Positions 10,424 through 18,378 of a stretch of DNA of 64,000 nt are shown here, one piece after another (within the stretch, counting starts at the first letter, position 1; the number at the start of each line of letters is the position of its first letter). The DNA is taken from positions 16,610 through 80,609 of the IMG/VR virus record IMGVR_UViG_3300021479_000014, one strand, 5' to 3'. A model generated the notes under the pieces. It saw nothing but the letters and a program-made list of their open reading frames with translations. It did not search any database and was not told where the DNA came from. Source of the DNA: a virus. The translations under genes were made by a program, and so were the position numbers.

Positions 10424-10885
10424 ATGGGTAAGGTATCGTTAGACGAGCGCATTGCGCTCGCCGTGTCCCAGGCGCTTGCGCTTAAGACACGCAAGGCTCG
10501 CGATCCGGTCGTTCCGGTGGACGAGAGCGAGTGGGACCGCGTTGCGCGTGTCCTGCGTATGCAGAAGGGCATGCGTGGTATGCTCTTGCGGCATATCGTG
10601 CGCAAGGGTCCGGGCGTGTACACGTTCGAGGGCATACATGCGGTGGAGGGTCTCGAGTGGATCTCGGCGCCTAATGTCGCTGCGTGCCTAACGCATATCG
10701 CCTGGAAGATGCAGGGCGGTTCGGGGTCGGGCACGGTCGCCCCGTGTGGGTACACCCTCGCCGTCGATGGGACGGGTGTTAACGTGCGGGCAATGCTCGC
10801 CCGCGTTAAGCCCGCGAAAAAGCCGGTGGCTCGCAAGGCGAAGGCTTTGCCCGCTCCGGTGGCGAAGAACACAGACGCCGCGTAA
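10424..10885 (+). CDS. Basic hypothetical protein in a GC-rich stand-alone cassette
   Basis: SD aggag, own promoter and terminator, K/A/P-rich tail. Confidence 0.7.
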   Translation: MGKVSLDERIALAVSQALALKTRKARDPVVPVDESEWDRVARVLRMQKGMRGMLLRHIVRKGPGVYTFEGIHAVEGLEWISAPNVAACLTHIAWKMQGGSGSGTVAPCGYTLAVDGTGVNVRAMLARVKPAKKPVARKAKALPAPVAKNTDAA

Positions 10886-10890
10886 AAACT

Positions 10891-10916
10891 GGGGAGGCGC
10901 AAGCCTCCCCTCTTTT
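10891..10916 (+). terminator. Intrinsic terminator
   Basis: ggggaggc-gcaa-gcctcccc followed by tctttt. Confidence 0.8.
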
Positions 10917-10949
10917 CCCCTCGTTTCTCACTAGTCAGGAGTCATCAAA

Positions 10950-11078
10950 ATGGCACACATCTACTCGGGAGTTAACTCCCAGCATCGCGACCCCATCGAT
11001 CACCTCGAAGATGGGTGGGTGGTCTACGTCAGCGACGACCAGGTCCAGATCCTCATCATTATCGTGGAGGTGGAGTGA
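10950..11078 (+). CDS. 42-aa ORF (not in track), followed by an 18-aa ORF at 11078..11134
   Basis: SD aggag; TGATG coupling to the next micro-ORF. Confidence 0.45.
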   Translation: MAHIYSGVNSQHRDPIDHLEDGWVVYVSDDQVQILIIIVEVE

Positions 11079-11137
11079 TGGCCAAACTCCAGCGCTTATG
11101 GCGGCGCATCATGGGTCAAAGACCATACTTCTAAGAT

Positions 11138-11162
11138 GGGGTGGCGCAAGCCACCCTTTTTT
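11138..11162 (+). terminator. Intrinsic terminator
   Basis: gggtggc-gcaa-gccaccc followed by a T-run. Confidence 0.8.
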
Positions 11163-11164
11163 AT

Positions 11165-11665
11165 CAACGTGGTGATAGATGATATTTGGCTTTTGATGCG
11201 CACCAATTTGCGTGTCACCATGCCATATGTCATTTATCATTTCACCAATGGTGAGAGATAATTTTTGACTGATGATATATGATATGGATGATATTTGGCG
11301 TGATATGTTCTCGGTTTGTTCTCAGCTGTCATATGTGTTCTTGATCTGTTCTTTATGATTATCATTTGTGGTGACTTCTGATTTTCCGCTTTTGGCTTTG
11401 GTTGCGCACCAAGCATTATGATGTTATCATTGTCTACTTTGTTCTAAAATAAAGCAGACATAAAAAGCATAACGATATCAATGACTTAGGTGCATCAGTC
11501 TACTTTGTCCGCTTTGTATGCTTATCATACCGTCCTACATGTATGATTTAAAATACAGCTATACCAGGTCAGCAAAGATTTATCATTTGGTGGAGCACTT
11601 TCCCCAAGCATTTCAGTTGGTTATGCCTGAAACTTAATCTAAAACATTAAGCAGACAATTTACAG
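11165..11665. other. AT-rich non-coding region, candidate replication origin or genome end
   Basis: No ORF. Repeated tgatat / tctactttgt / aagcagaca words and an IHF consensus match TATCAATGACTTA (11476-11488). Lies directly downstream of the helicase gene. Confidence 0.4.
11307..11351. promoter_or_regulatory. Two tandem alphaproteobacterial LexA (SOS) boxes
   Basis: GTTC-tcggttt-GTTC (11307-11321) and GTTC-ttgatct-GTTC (11337-11351). Confidence 0.55.
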
Positions 11666-11667
11666 AT

Positions 11668-13212
11668 CTAGAATAGATTATGCGATGACATGATGTTTCT
11701 TTCAGTAAAAGTAGGATATTCCCACACATCATTATCATCACCCCAATTAAATTTTGATTTAAGTCTAAAATCCATTAGCGCGCGACAAATACTCAATTTC
11801 GGAATTGTATAAACATTCAGCCGTTCTTTTCCGGCATTGTATTTATCAGTATGTTTTATCATACTAACAATTTTACCATTTGGATAAGTTTGTACTCTAC
11901 CATTATCAAGCTTTGGTATGAGCGCAGCAAATTGCATTCCAAACGATCGTGGATCACATCTATGTTTATCATTTATCCTCTTTTGAGCATCAACAAAATC
12001 TTGATATAATTTTTCTTTCACTACCATATATCCATTATCATTTTGATTAACAAATGGCAATTGGCCACTCACCAATAGATTAAACCACCAACGCTCTACA
12101 CCTGTCATAGTTTCAGTTTTCTGTTCAATTTGCGCCTCAGTTACCAATGCTGTTCTGAGATTAACATCAATTTTCCAATTCATCAATTCATACATGAATG
12201 CTTCCAATCCACCATGCTCCAATAGTTCTTCATCAAGAGCATCGAAATATGATTTAACATCCTTCTGAGCGCTGCTAACATTCAATACAAAAAATCTTCT
12301 TTCATCATATGATGCTGGAACTAGCCAATCAGCATTGCCAATTATGATTGAGCGAATATAGCTCTTCACACTACGACCTGGTAAGTTCTTTGGATTGATA
12401 AATAATGTATCGCCAGTTATGATATGTTTCAATGTGCTCTCGTGAGCCTTATCGCCTGCCCATATTGCTTCTTCCAAACATAACAATATTATCTTTTCCA
12501 AATGATCATTATGAGGGCCAAATATGGAATTTTTACTATCAATTGGCAAATAAATCTTTTGTTTTCGCTCTTCTGGGTAGCCATTCATCAATCGTCCAAG
12601 TGTGAGAGCCAAATATGATTTTCCTATCCCTTTGATACCTTTCAATACCAATGCTGTTCCAAGTTTATTCCATGGCTCTTGGAATATCTGAGCGCACCAA
12701 CACATTAGCCAATGATAATGCTCTTCATTACCACTGCATATAATATTTCTGATATAATCCAAGAACAAATGGCAATCGCCTTGTTTTGGCTCCATAGCAA
12801 ATCCACGCCATGTATTATATGCTCCACTGCGCATTGTTTTAGAATCAAATTTATATTTGGGATCGAATATGATTCCTTTCTCATATGTGCGCCTCAATGG
12901 CCAATCCAACCATAATTGTGATGCTGGAACTGCTTTTGGAGGTCCATCTTCTTGAGTTACATTGATTTTAATATGTCTTAATGAACTGATAAAATCTTTC
13001 TCAGTACGCAACTGCATTTCATCTTCTAATCGCTCATCAATAATCATAAATTTGCCCACTATAGATGTAATGGCTGATATGCTATCCACCCATTCGTTTG
13101 AATCTCTTGTAGATTTGATTTCTGGGCGCTCAGAACGTTTCTGTTGTGCGCCAAAGAGTGGATTATTTCTGAGCTGATTGAGACGGATGATGTTATCATC
13201 TTCTTCAGACAT
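11668..13212 (-). CDS. Primase-associated helicase (DUF5906 / D5-like SF3 NTPase)
   Basis: YNTWRGF, LKGIKGIGKS (Walker A), LCLEEA, ERRFFV; no primase domain. Confidence 0.85.
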   Translation of the reverse strand: MSEEDDNIIRLNQLRNNPLFGAQQKRSERPEIKSTRDSNEWVDSISAITSIVGKFMIIDERLEDEMQLRTEKDFISSLRHIKINVTQEDGPPKAVPASQLWLDWPLRRTYEKGIIFDPKYKFDSKTMRSGAYNTWRGFAMEPKQGDCHLFLDYIRNIICSGNEEHYHWLMCWCAQIFQEPWNKLGTALVLKGIKGIGKSYLALTLGRLMNGYPEERKQKIYLPIDSKNSIFGPHNDHLEKIILLCLEEAIWAGDKAHESTLKHIITGDTLFINPKNLPGRSVKSYIRSIIIGNADWLVPASYDERRFFVLNVSSAQKDVKSYFDALDEELLEHGGLEAFMYELMNWKIDVNLRTALVTEAQIEQKTETMTGVERWWFNLLVSGQLPFVNQNDNGYMVVKEKLYQDFVDAQKRINDKHRCDPRSFGMQFAALIPKLDNGRVQTYPNGKIVSMIKHTDKYNAGKERLNVYTIPKLSICRALMDFRLKSKFNWGDDNDVWEYPTFTERNIMSSHNLF

Positions 13213-13227
13213 GGCATTTCCCCAGAA

Positions 13228-13431
13228 CTATTCTTCTTCGCTGATATGTACTACTCTCAGCGCATCATATATTTTCTTGAATTCTCTATTGGCCATACTT
13301 ATATTCTCAAATTCTATTGGCCTAAATGATTCACTATTATCTGTGTCCCACAATTTTATGACATTATCTTTTATAGTGACACAACGTATATGATCCATAT
13401 TGGTGATGATAGATCCTGATTTAATCCACAT
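13228..13431 (-). CDS. Hypothetical protein
   Basis: SD ggagg; co-oriented with the helicase. Confidence 0.5.
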   Translation of the reverse strand: MWIKSGSIITNMDHIRCVTIKDNVIKLWDTDNSESFRPIEFENISMANREFKKIYDALRVVHISEEE

Positions 13432-13443
13432 ATTAACCTCCCA

Positions 13444-13617
13444 TTACGCTGCAAATAAATCACGTCCCATTATTTTAAGTTTACGATTTCTTTTTCTGAA
13501 ATCACGTTTCCTACAAACATCACAACAAAATCTCTGATTTTTTATTACCTTTATGAATTCTTTATTGCATTCGTGACAATTGATAACTAGCTTTTTTAGT
13601 TCTGTATCAATATCCAT
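13444..13617 (-). CDS. 57-aa Zn-finger protein (not in track) ending in RDLFAA
   Basis: MDIDTELKKLVINCHECNKEF...FCCDVCRKR...GRDLFAA; SD aggag. Confidence 0.6.
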   Translation of the reverse strand: MDIDTELKKLVINCHECNKEFIKVIKNQRFCCDVCRKRDFRKRNRKLKIMGRDLFAA

Positions 13618-13643
13618 CTTTCTCTCCTGCTACCGGGATCGTA

Positions 13644-13672
13644 AGCATAGAACGAGACGAGTCTCTCAGCAA
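13644..13672 (-). promoter_or_regulatory. Sigma70-type promoter for the helicase operon
   Basis: TTGCTG-N17 (palindromic gagac/gtctc spacer)-TATGCT on the minus strand. Confidence 0.55.
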
Positions 13673-13759
13673 GCCCTAAAAATCAGAAATCGTAGATCAT
13701 ATTTCTGTTTTTCAGATATCGCCTTAATTTCGACACAATTGGAGAGTTATCATGCAAGC

Positions 13760-14002
13760 ATGATAAATGAACACCCAGAAACTGCTAGACAAAGAGCAGC
13801 GCGTATCTGGCGCAATCATCAAATTCAACAAATGGGTATTCAACAGCCAGAGCCAACTATACCTGAAGTGACATTGAATGAGATTGAGGCGCGATTCAGA
13901 AAAGAAATGAGAGATGCGCTCCAACAACACAATAAGAACAAATCATTACTCCAATATTTGATATTGAAACTACGTCAGAGGAAGAGTAAAGATGACAAGT
14001 AA
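13760..14002 (+). CDS. Hypothetical protein
   Basis: Likely start ATG 13760; overlaps the terS start. Confidence 0.45.
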   Translation: MINEHPETARQRAARIWRNHQIQQMGIQQPEPTIPEVTLNEIEARFRKEMRDALQQHNKNKSLLQYLILKLRQRKSKDDK

Positions 14003-14636
14003 TGCGTATCATCCTGATGATCAACCAGCCATGTTGGCTGAAGATTGGGAGCGTATGAAATTTGAGCAGCGCCAACAAGCTGAACAAGAACGTATCAGAA
14101 AAGCTCAACAAGATGAGATCAATCGTGAACTCCATAAAGAACAAATCAAAATAAAGGACAAAATCAATTATACTGAAGAATTGGCACAAGAGATATGTGA
14201 ACGTATTGCTGCTGGTGAGTTGCTCATTAATATTTGCAAAGATGAGCACATGCCCACTGTGCGCCGCTGTAATGTGTGGCTGAAGCAAAATGACGACTTC
14301 AGTATTCTATATAAAGACTCAATCAATGATCGCTTATCCATATTTGAAGAGCAGGTGATCAGCATCGCTGATGATGCAGCGCATGATTTTAGAGAAATAG
14401 TGAAGAATGGAAAGACCATCAAAACGCAAGATGCTGAGGTGATTGCCAGAGCCAAGTTGCGCGTCGAAGTGAGATTCAGGCATCTCAAAGCTGGTAGGCC
14501 TGGCAAATGGGGCGATACTTCAACTCTCATCACTAAGAGTGAGGATGAGGCTGCCATTGACAATATGACCACAGAAGAAATGGAAAAGAAGATTGCTGAT
14601 CTGGAAGAAAAAGACAATATCATCAAAGTGGTATGA
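13992..14636 (+). CDS. terS: Terminase small subunit (Sf6/P22-like HTH)
   Basis: YTEELAQEICERIAAGE.L..ICKDEHMP...W...F...Y...IADD...IARAKLRVEVR...P.KWGD. Confidence 0.8.
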   Translation: MTSNAYHPDDQPAMLAEDWERMKFEQRQQAEQERIRKAQQDEINRELHKEQIKIKDKINYTEELAQEICERIAAGELLINICKDEHMPTVRRCNVWLKQNDDFSILYKDSINDRLSIFEEQVISIADDAAHDFREIVKNGKTIKTQDAEVIARAKLRVEVRFRHLKAGRPGKWGDTSTLITKSEDEAAIDNMTTEEMEKKIADLEEKDNIIKVV

Positions 14637-14709
14637 TTGATGATAAATGATGTTGTAACTTAGCACGTAATTCCTGCCCTCGATCCGAGGCGCTAGATTG
14701 AGTGGCTAA

Positions 14710-15723
14710 TCAGCTATATCTTGTCCACATTTCTTCAAAATCTTCTCTGAACCAGCATCGCTGAACTGGGCCACGTTGGTGCCTATATGGACGGCTTCTG
14801 ATTTGGAATTCCACTAGTATGTTACCCAATACTCGTTTTGTGACTTTGTGCTCAGTATAATCAACCTCGAAATCACCGTCCTTATCTTCACGTAATGTTT
14901 CGCAAAGATAATCTGTGGTGATGATCTTGGCCTTTGTTTTTGTGAACACTTTCTGTGTATCACGCAACACTGACTCTCTTATATCAAGAGTAGCACTCTC
15001 ATTCATATACGTGAGAGCCATACTTCTGACTAAATGGCCTCTACCAAAATAGTCAGCAATGGCAATTAGAGGGCGCCACTTGTCTGCATTACGTCCAACC
15101 ATCGAAAGAGGCATTTTCGGATCTGGATCCAAATTTTGACCCGAATGTTCGGCCCATCTATGCAATTGAGATGCATAGTAATGTTCTCTTGGGCTGAACC
15201 TCTCAAGAGGTTTAGATGAGCGATGCAACCTGATTACAACTGATCTACTCATTAGAGTTGCTGGCACTTTACCGATACCAGCAAGTGCAACTGGGCCATA
15301 AACTGGCCAATTGACTACAGTCTTATCTGGTTGTACGCGCGATACACTTCCACCGAAACTATGCCCGTCATTAAGAATGGATCTCATTCTCTTAACGATT
15401 GACATATTGTCCACTTCGTCAATCAACAATGAGTGTTTGTTGGCTAGACGAAGCAGAGATGCTTCAGATGGATCTATCACTCTTTTGGATTCCCACGCCA
15501 TTGCACCAAGAATATTCAGAACTGTGCTCTTTCCACAATTCGGAACAGGACTGAGGATAGTCAATCTTGGTGACTTATCGTATTGCATGAAGACGTGAGT
15601 ATGTAGCGCCCATAGAGCTGCGCCCCACATATAGTGTGGTTTAGCATCCATATAAGTGTCGAAGACCTTTACCACTTGATCAAGTGGATTTGGCGCTATG
15701 GTAGTTTTCTTTGTCAGACTCAC
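14710..15723 (-). CDS. DUF3631-type P-loop protein (replication-associated)
   Basis: ALWALHTH...SPRL.ILSPVPNCGKST...LLIDEVD...ILNDGH...ALAGIG...SRSVVI...DKWRPL.AIAD. Confidence 0.75.
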   Translation of the reverse strand: MSLTKKTTIAPNPLDQVVKVFDTYMDAKPHYMWGAALWALHTHVFMQYDKSPRLTILSPVPNCGKSTVLNILGAMAWESKRVIDPSEASLLRLANKHSLLIDEVDNMSIVKRMRSILNDGHSFGGSVSRVQPDKTVVNWPVYGPVALAGIGKVPATLMSRSVVIRLHRSSKPLERFSPREHYYASQLHRWAEHSGQNLDPDPKMPLSMVGRNADKWRPLIAIADYFGRGHLVRSMALTYMNESATLDIRESVLRDTQKVFTKTKAKIITTDYLCETLREDKDGDFEVDYTEHKVTKRVLGNILVEFQIRSRPYRHQRGPVQRCWFREDFEEMWTRYS

Positions 15724-15845
15724 AACGGTTCTCCTAATAGGCCGAAATTACGTGCAAAGTTACACGTATGGCTTGGCAGTATTGCCTAAAAGGTGAGCCG
15801 TCCATAGGCGATTTACGATGTCAAACAGCACATTGGTCTAGCCCT

Positions 15846-15874
15846 ATTATAGCACGTTTTCTAATGTGAAGCAA
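15846..15874 (-). promoter_or_regulatory. Strong sigma70 promoter
   Basis: TTGCTT-N17-TATAAT with a TG extension on the minus strand. Confidence 0.7.
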
Positions 15875-16000
15875 ACCCACATTAAATAGTGGCGCATCAA
15901 GTCATCTATCACCATTATCAATAGCTGATGATATTTGACAATTGAACATGGCAAATCTGTGTATGAATTCTGAACCGCCAAAGTGCGGCAAAAATAGGGC

Positions 16001-16029
16001 TTGCCTTCCTTCGCGATTTCGGCTAGACT
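16001..16029 (+). promoter_or_regulatory. Sigma70-type early promoter
   Basis: TTGCCT-tccttcgcgatttcggc-TAGACT. Confidence 0.6.
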
Positions 16030-16035
16030 ACCCTC

Positions 16036-16595
16036 TAGCCCGCTATAGGCGCGGGCGAAGACGATCTGATCTGACTTCTACTGCGGTTACACTTGACATT
16101 CCGCCGAAAGCGGTCTCTGCGGTTTTTGACAGATCCTACGACCCGCTGTTTGACATTCGAGGATTGCTTTATGCCGGCTGGGCTCGTCCGTGTTCGGGGC
16201 TGATTACGCATGTCTGAAGACATGCGGAGAATCAACAGGAGCGGTAAAAGGATCACTCGTAGAATAGCGCAAGTATCACGGGGTTGCGAAGAACAACGCT
16301 CTGATACGAAAGGCAAGCGCATGACAAGTTGCCTGAGGATGTTTGACCAGCCTTAGATGCAGGAAAACAGATTTGACGAACTCATGTAACACCCTGTTGA
16401 GTCCAAAAAGGCAAGAGACAGTGTTTTGAGGGTGCAAACTGGACGGGAAAAGAAACCGTACGTGGCGAGCAAGGGAACATCCGAAACCCAGACATTGTGC
16501 GATAGTGTCTGGTGACCCAAAAAATCAAAGACAGCAATACAGAGCACAGCGGGATGAAATAATCCTGCTGTGTTCAATAGTGCTGTCAGCACTAG
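16036..16595 (+). ncRNA. Putative large structured RNA / 5' leader (~560 nt)
   Basis: No credible ORF. Many hairpins, a long-range helix 16337-16343/16476-16482 and a possible pseudoknot. Confidence 0.55.
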
Positions 16596-16610
16596 AAAGG
16601 AGAAATCAAA

Positions 16611-17045
16611 ATGTCTTATAGAAGTAAAAAGATTCAAAAAGAAAAGCATGAATCTTATTCTGCATCATTGCGACAAATAGTTCTCTCAACAACAAGAGAA
16701 CGTCTACCACAACAAGACGGATATGTTGTGGCTCAAACGCCAAGAAAGAAGCGTTCTAAGTGGCGTATCGTAATTGATCCTGAAAATAGCAAGAAAACGC
16801 GAAAAGTTTCAGGATTCAGAATTAAAACATCAATTAAAGATCCAACTGTCAATCGTTATAGAGAAAACGATCAGAATTTAGGATATATCAACAAGAAGAA
16901 GTATTATGGGAGGTTTACGACTAATCCAAAGACCAAAGGGCGCGTCTTAGCTGTTATTCAGCAACCAGCGCAAGCAGCGTCTCAAGAGTCAGAATATATG
17001 CAGATCGAAGGAATAGTCATCGAAGGCGAGTATACTGAGGAGTAA
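16611..17045 (+). CDS. Very basic hypothetical protein
   Basis: SD aaggag; K/R-rich; first ORF after the structured RNA. Confidence 0.65.
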   Translation: MSYRSKKIQKEKHESYSASLRQIVLSTTRERLPQQDGYVVAQTPRKKRSKWRIVIDPENSKKTRKVSGFRIKTSIKDPTVNRYRENDQNLGYINKKKYYGRFTTNPKTKGRVLAVIQQPAQAASQESEYMQIEGIVIEGEYTEE

Positions 17046-17050
17046 GTACA

Positions 17051-17801
17051 ATGCGTGTCAAACACTTCGTGCATTCTAATCAACCAGAACAGAAGCGCAC
17101 CAGAATAGAGATTGAACTGCGAATGATGAATAATCGCAGAAAGAAAAGAGGACCAATAACACTAAAGCAACTAAACTTCATAAACAAACAACCACAGGAG
17201 AAGTAAAATGGCCGTATATGCGTTTGGACACCCAGGACAATGGTGGGCTGATGTAATGGGTAAAAGATACCCTTGCGTTGGCGCAATGCGAATAAAGAAT
17301 GACCACTACCAACAAGCGTATTCTCTTAATAAAGAGAAGTCGTGGAACCTCATAGAGGAAATTGAGGAGCTTCAAAAGGTTATAGTCAGAGAGGAAATAC
17401 TGCAAGCTAATGGCATCTATAAAGTGATAGGATATGTTGGCTTATTTCATGTACTCAATTTTATAGTAACAATTACTGATACCCACAAGATCGTTGATTT
17501 CGATCTTGGTCCGAAAATTGTTACGATCAAAAACCGCTAACCACAGGAGAGTAAAATGGCAAACATAAGCATACCGGTGGAACTTATCGACAGCTTCAAC
17601 TACTTCCTCAATAAGGGAGCTGGCGATCACAAAGCGAAGCCAATGATAGACGAACTTGGAATGACTAAGATAAGAAAGATAATGAAATTAAGAACGTTCT
17701 TCAATAAGAACGAGCAATATGGATACAGAATTGTTGCTCATGGTCCAGACGATAAAGAAGAAACTGGAGATGATAGCTATTACGAATTCATATTTCCGTA
17801 A
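17051..17801 (+). CDS. Three early hypothetical ORFs (17051-17206, 17208-17540, 17556-17801)
   Basis: The last two share the leader aaccacaggag(a)agtaaaATG. Confidence 0.6.
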
Positions 17802-17804
17802 ATA

Positions 17805-17861
17805 GATCGAAACAGCCAGTGCGATTGGCTGTCCTAGCGTTTGGCGCTAGCTGATGAGATC
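17805..17861 (+). ncRNA. Type II hammerhead ribozyme HH1
   Basis: gatc-GAAA-cagcca[gtgcgat]tggctg-TC^-ctagcg[tttgg]cgctag-CTGATGA-gatc; predicted cleavage after C17833. Confidence 0.9.
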
Positions 17862-17879
17862 AGTAACAGGAGAAGTAAA

Positions 17880-18299
17880 ATGAAGATAAATCTTAACATA
17901 CATATCATGTCGTGGATGTGTCGCGAACATGACATCATCGATCCAGATCTTATCCAACTAAAGAACAATCACGAACAAATGATTGTGGATATTTCAGAAA
18001 GGATATCAATAAGATTTGATTATCCTCTTTCACATTCTGTATTGCTCCAATTTGGTGGCAAGAAGCCGTGGAGATTATCAGATCTAATTGATGTTGTCTG
18101 CGCCGGATATGTGAAGATATATGACGAGGAAGATGAAACCAGAACGCTTCCAGCTAGTGCTCCGTTGGATTCGATTCTGGTCAATCGTCCTAAAACTGAC
18201 GGCAAGCACGGCATCTGGGGACACATCCTAAATGACTTGTATATTGAAGGAATATACAAAGGATCAGACGGTGTTTGGTTGCTACAAATGGGATCATAA
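17880..18299 (+). CDS. Hypothetical protein flanked by two hammerheads
   Basis: True start ATG 17880 after SD aggag; the track start at 17841 lies inside HH1. Motifs FDYPLS and GIWGH.L.DLYIEG. Confidence 0.7.
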   Translation: MKINLNIHIMSWMCREHDIIDPDLIQLKNNHEQMIVDISERISIRFDYPLSHSVLLQFGGKKPWRLSDLIDVVCAGYVKIYDEEDETRTLPASAPLDSILVNRPKTDGKHGIWGHILNDLYIEGIYKGSDGVWLLQMGS

Positions 18300-18360
18300 G
18301 ACCGAAAGGGTGGCGCCACAAGCGCCATTCTCCTAGCGTTAGGCGCTAGCTGACGAGGTC
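18300..18360 (+). ncRNA. Type II hammerhead ribozyme HH2
   Basis: gacc-GAAA-gggtggcgc[cacaa]gcgccattc-TC^-ctagcg[ttagg]cgctag-CTGACGA-ggtc; cleavage after C18332. Confidence 0.9.
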
Positions 18361-18378
18361 AGTAACAGGAGAACTAAA

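Noticed and set aside
16333-16486. CTGAGGA...GAAA as a fourth hammerhead
   Set aside because: The GGA of the would-be core is used in the ggatgtt/aacatcc helix, and no matching stem I/III with an NUH site was found.
15942-16649. ORFs 15942-16217, 16035-16322 and 16353-16649
   Set aside because: No SD or recognisable features; the region is better explained as a promoter plus structured RNA.
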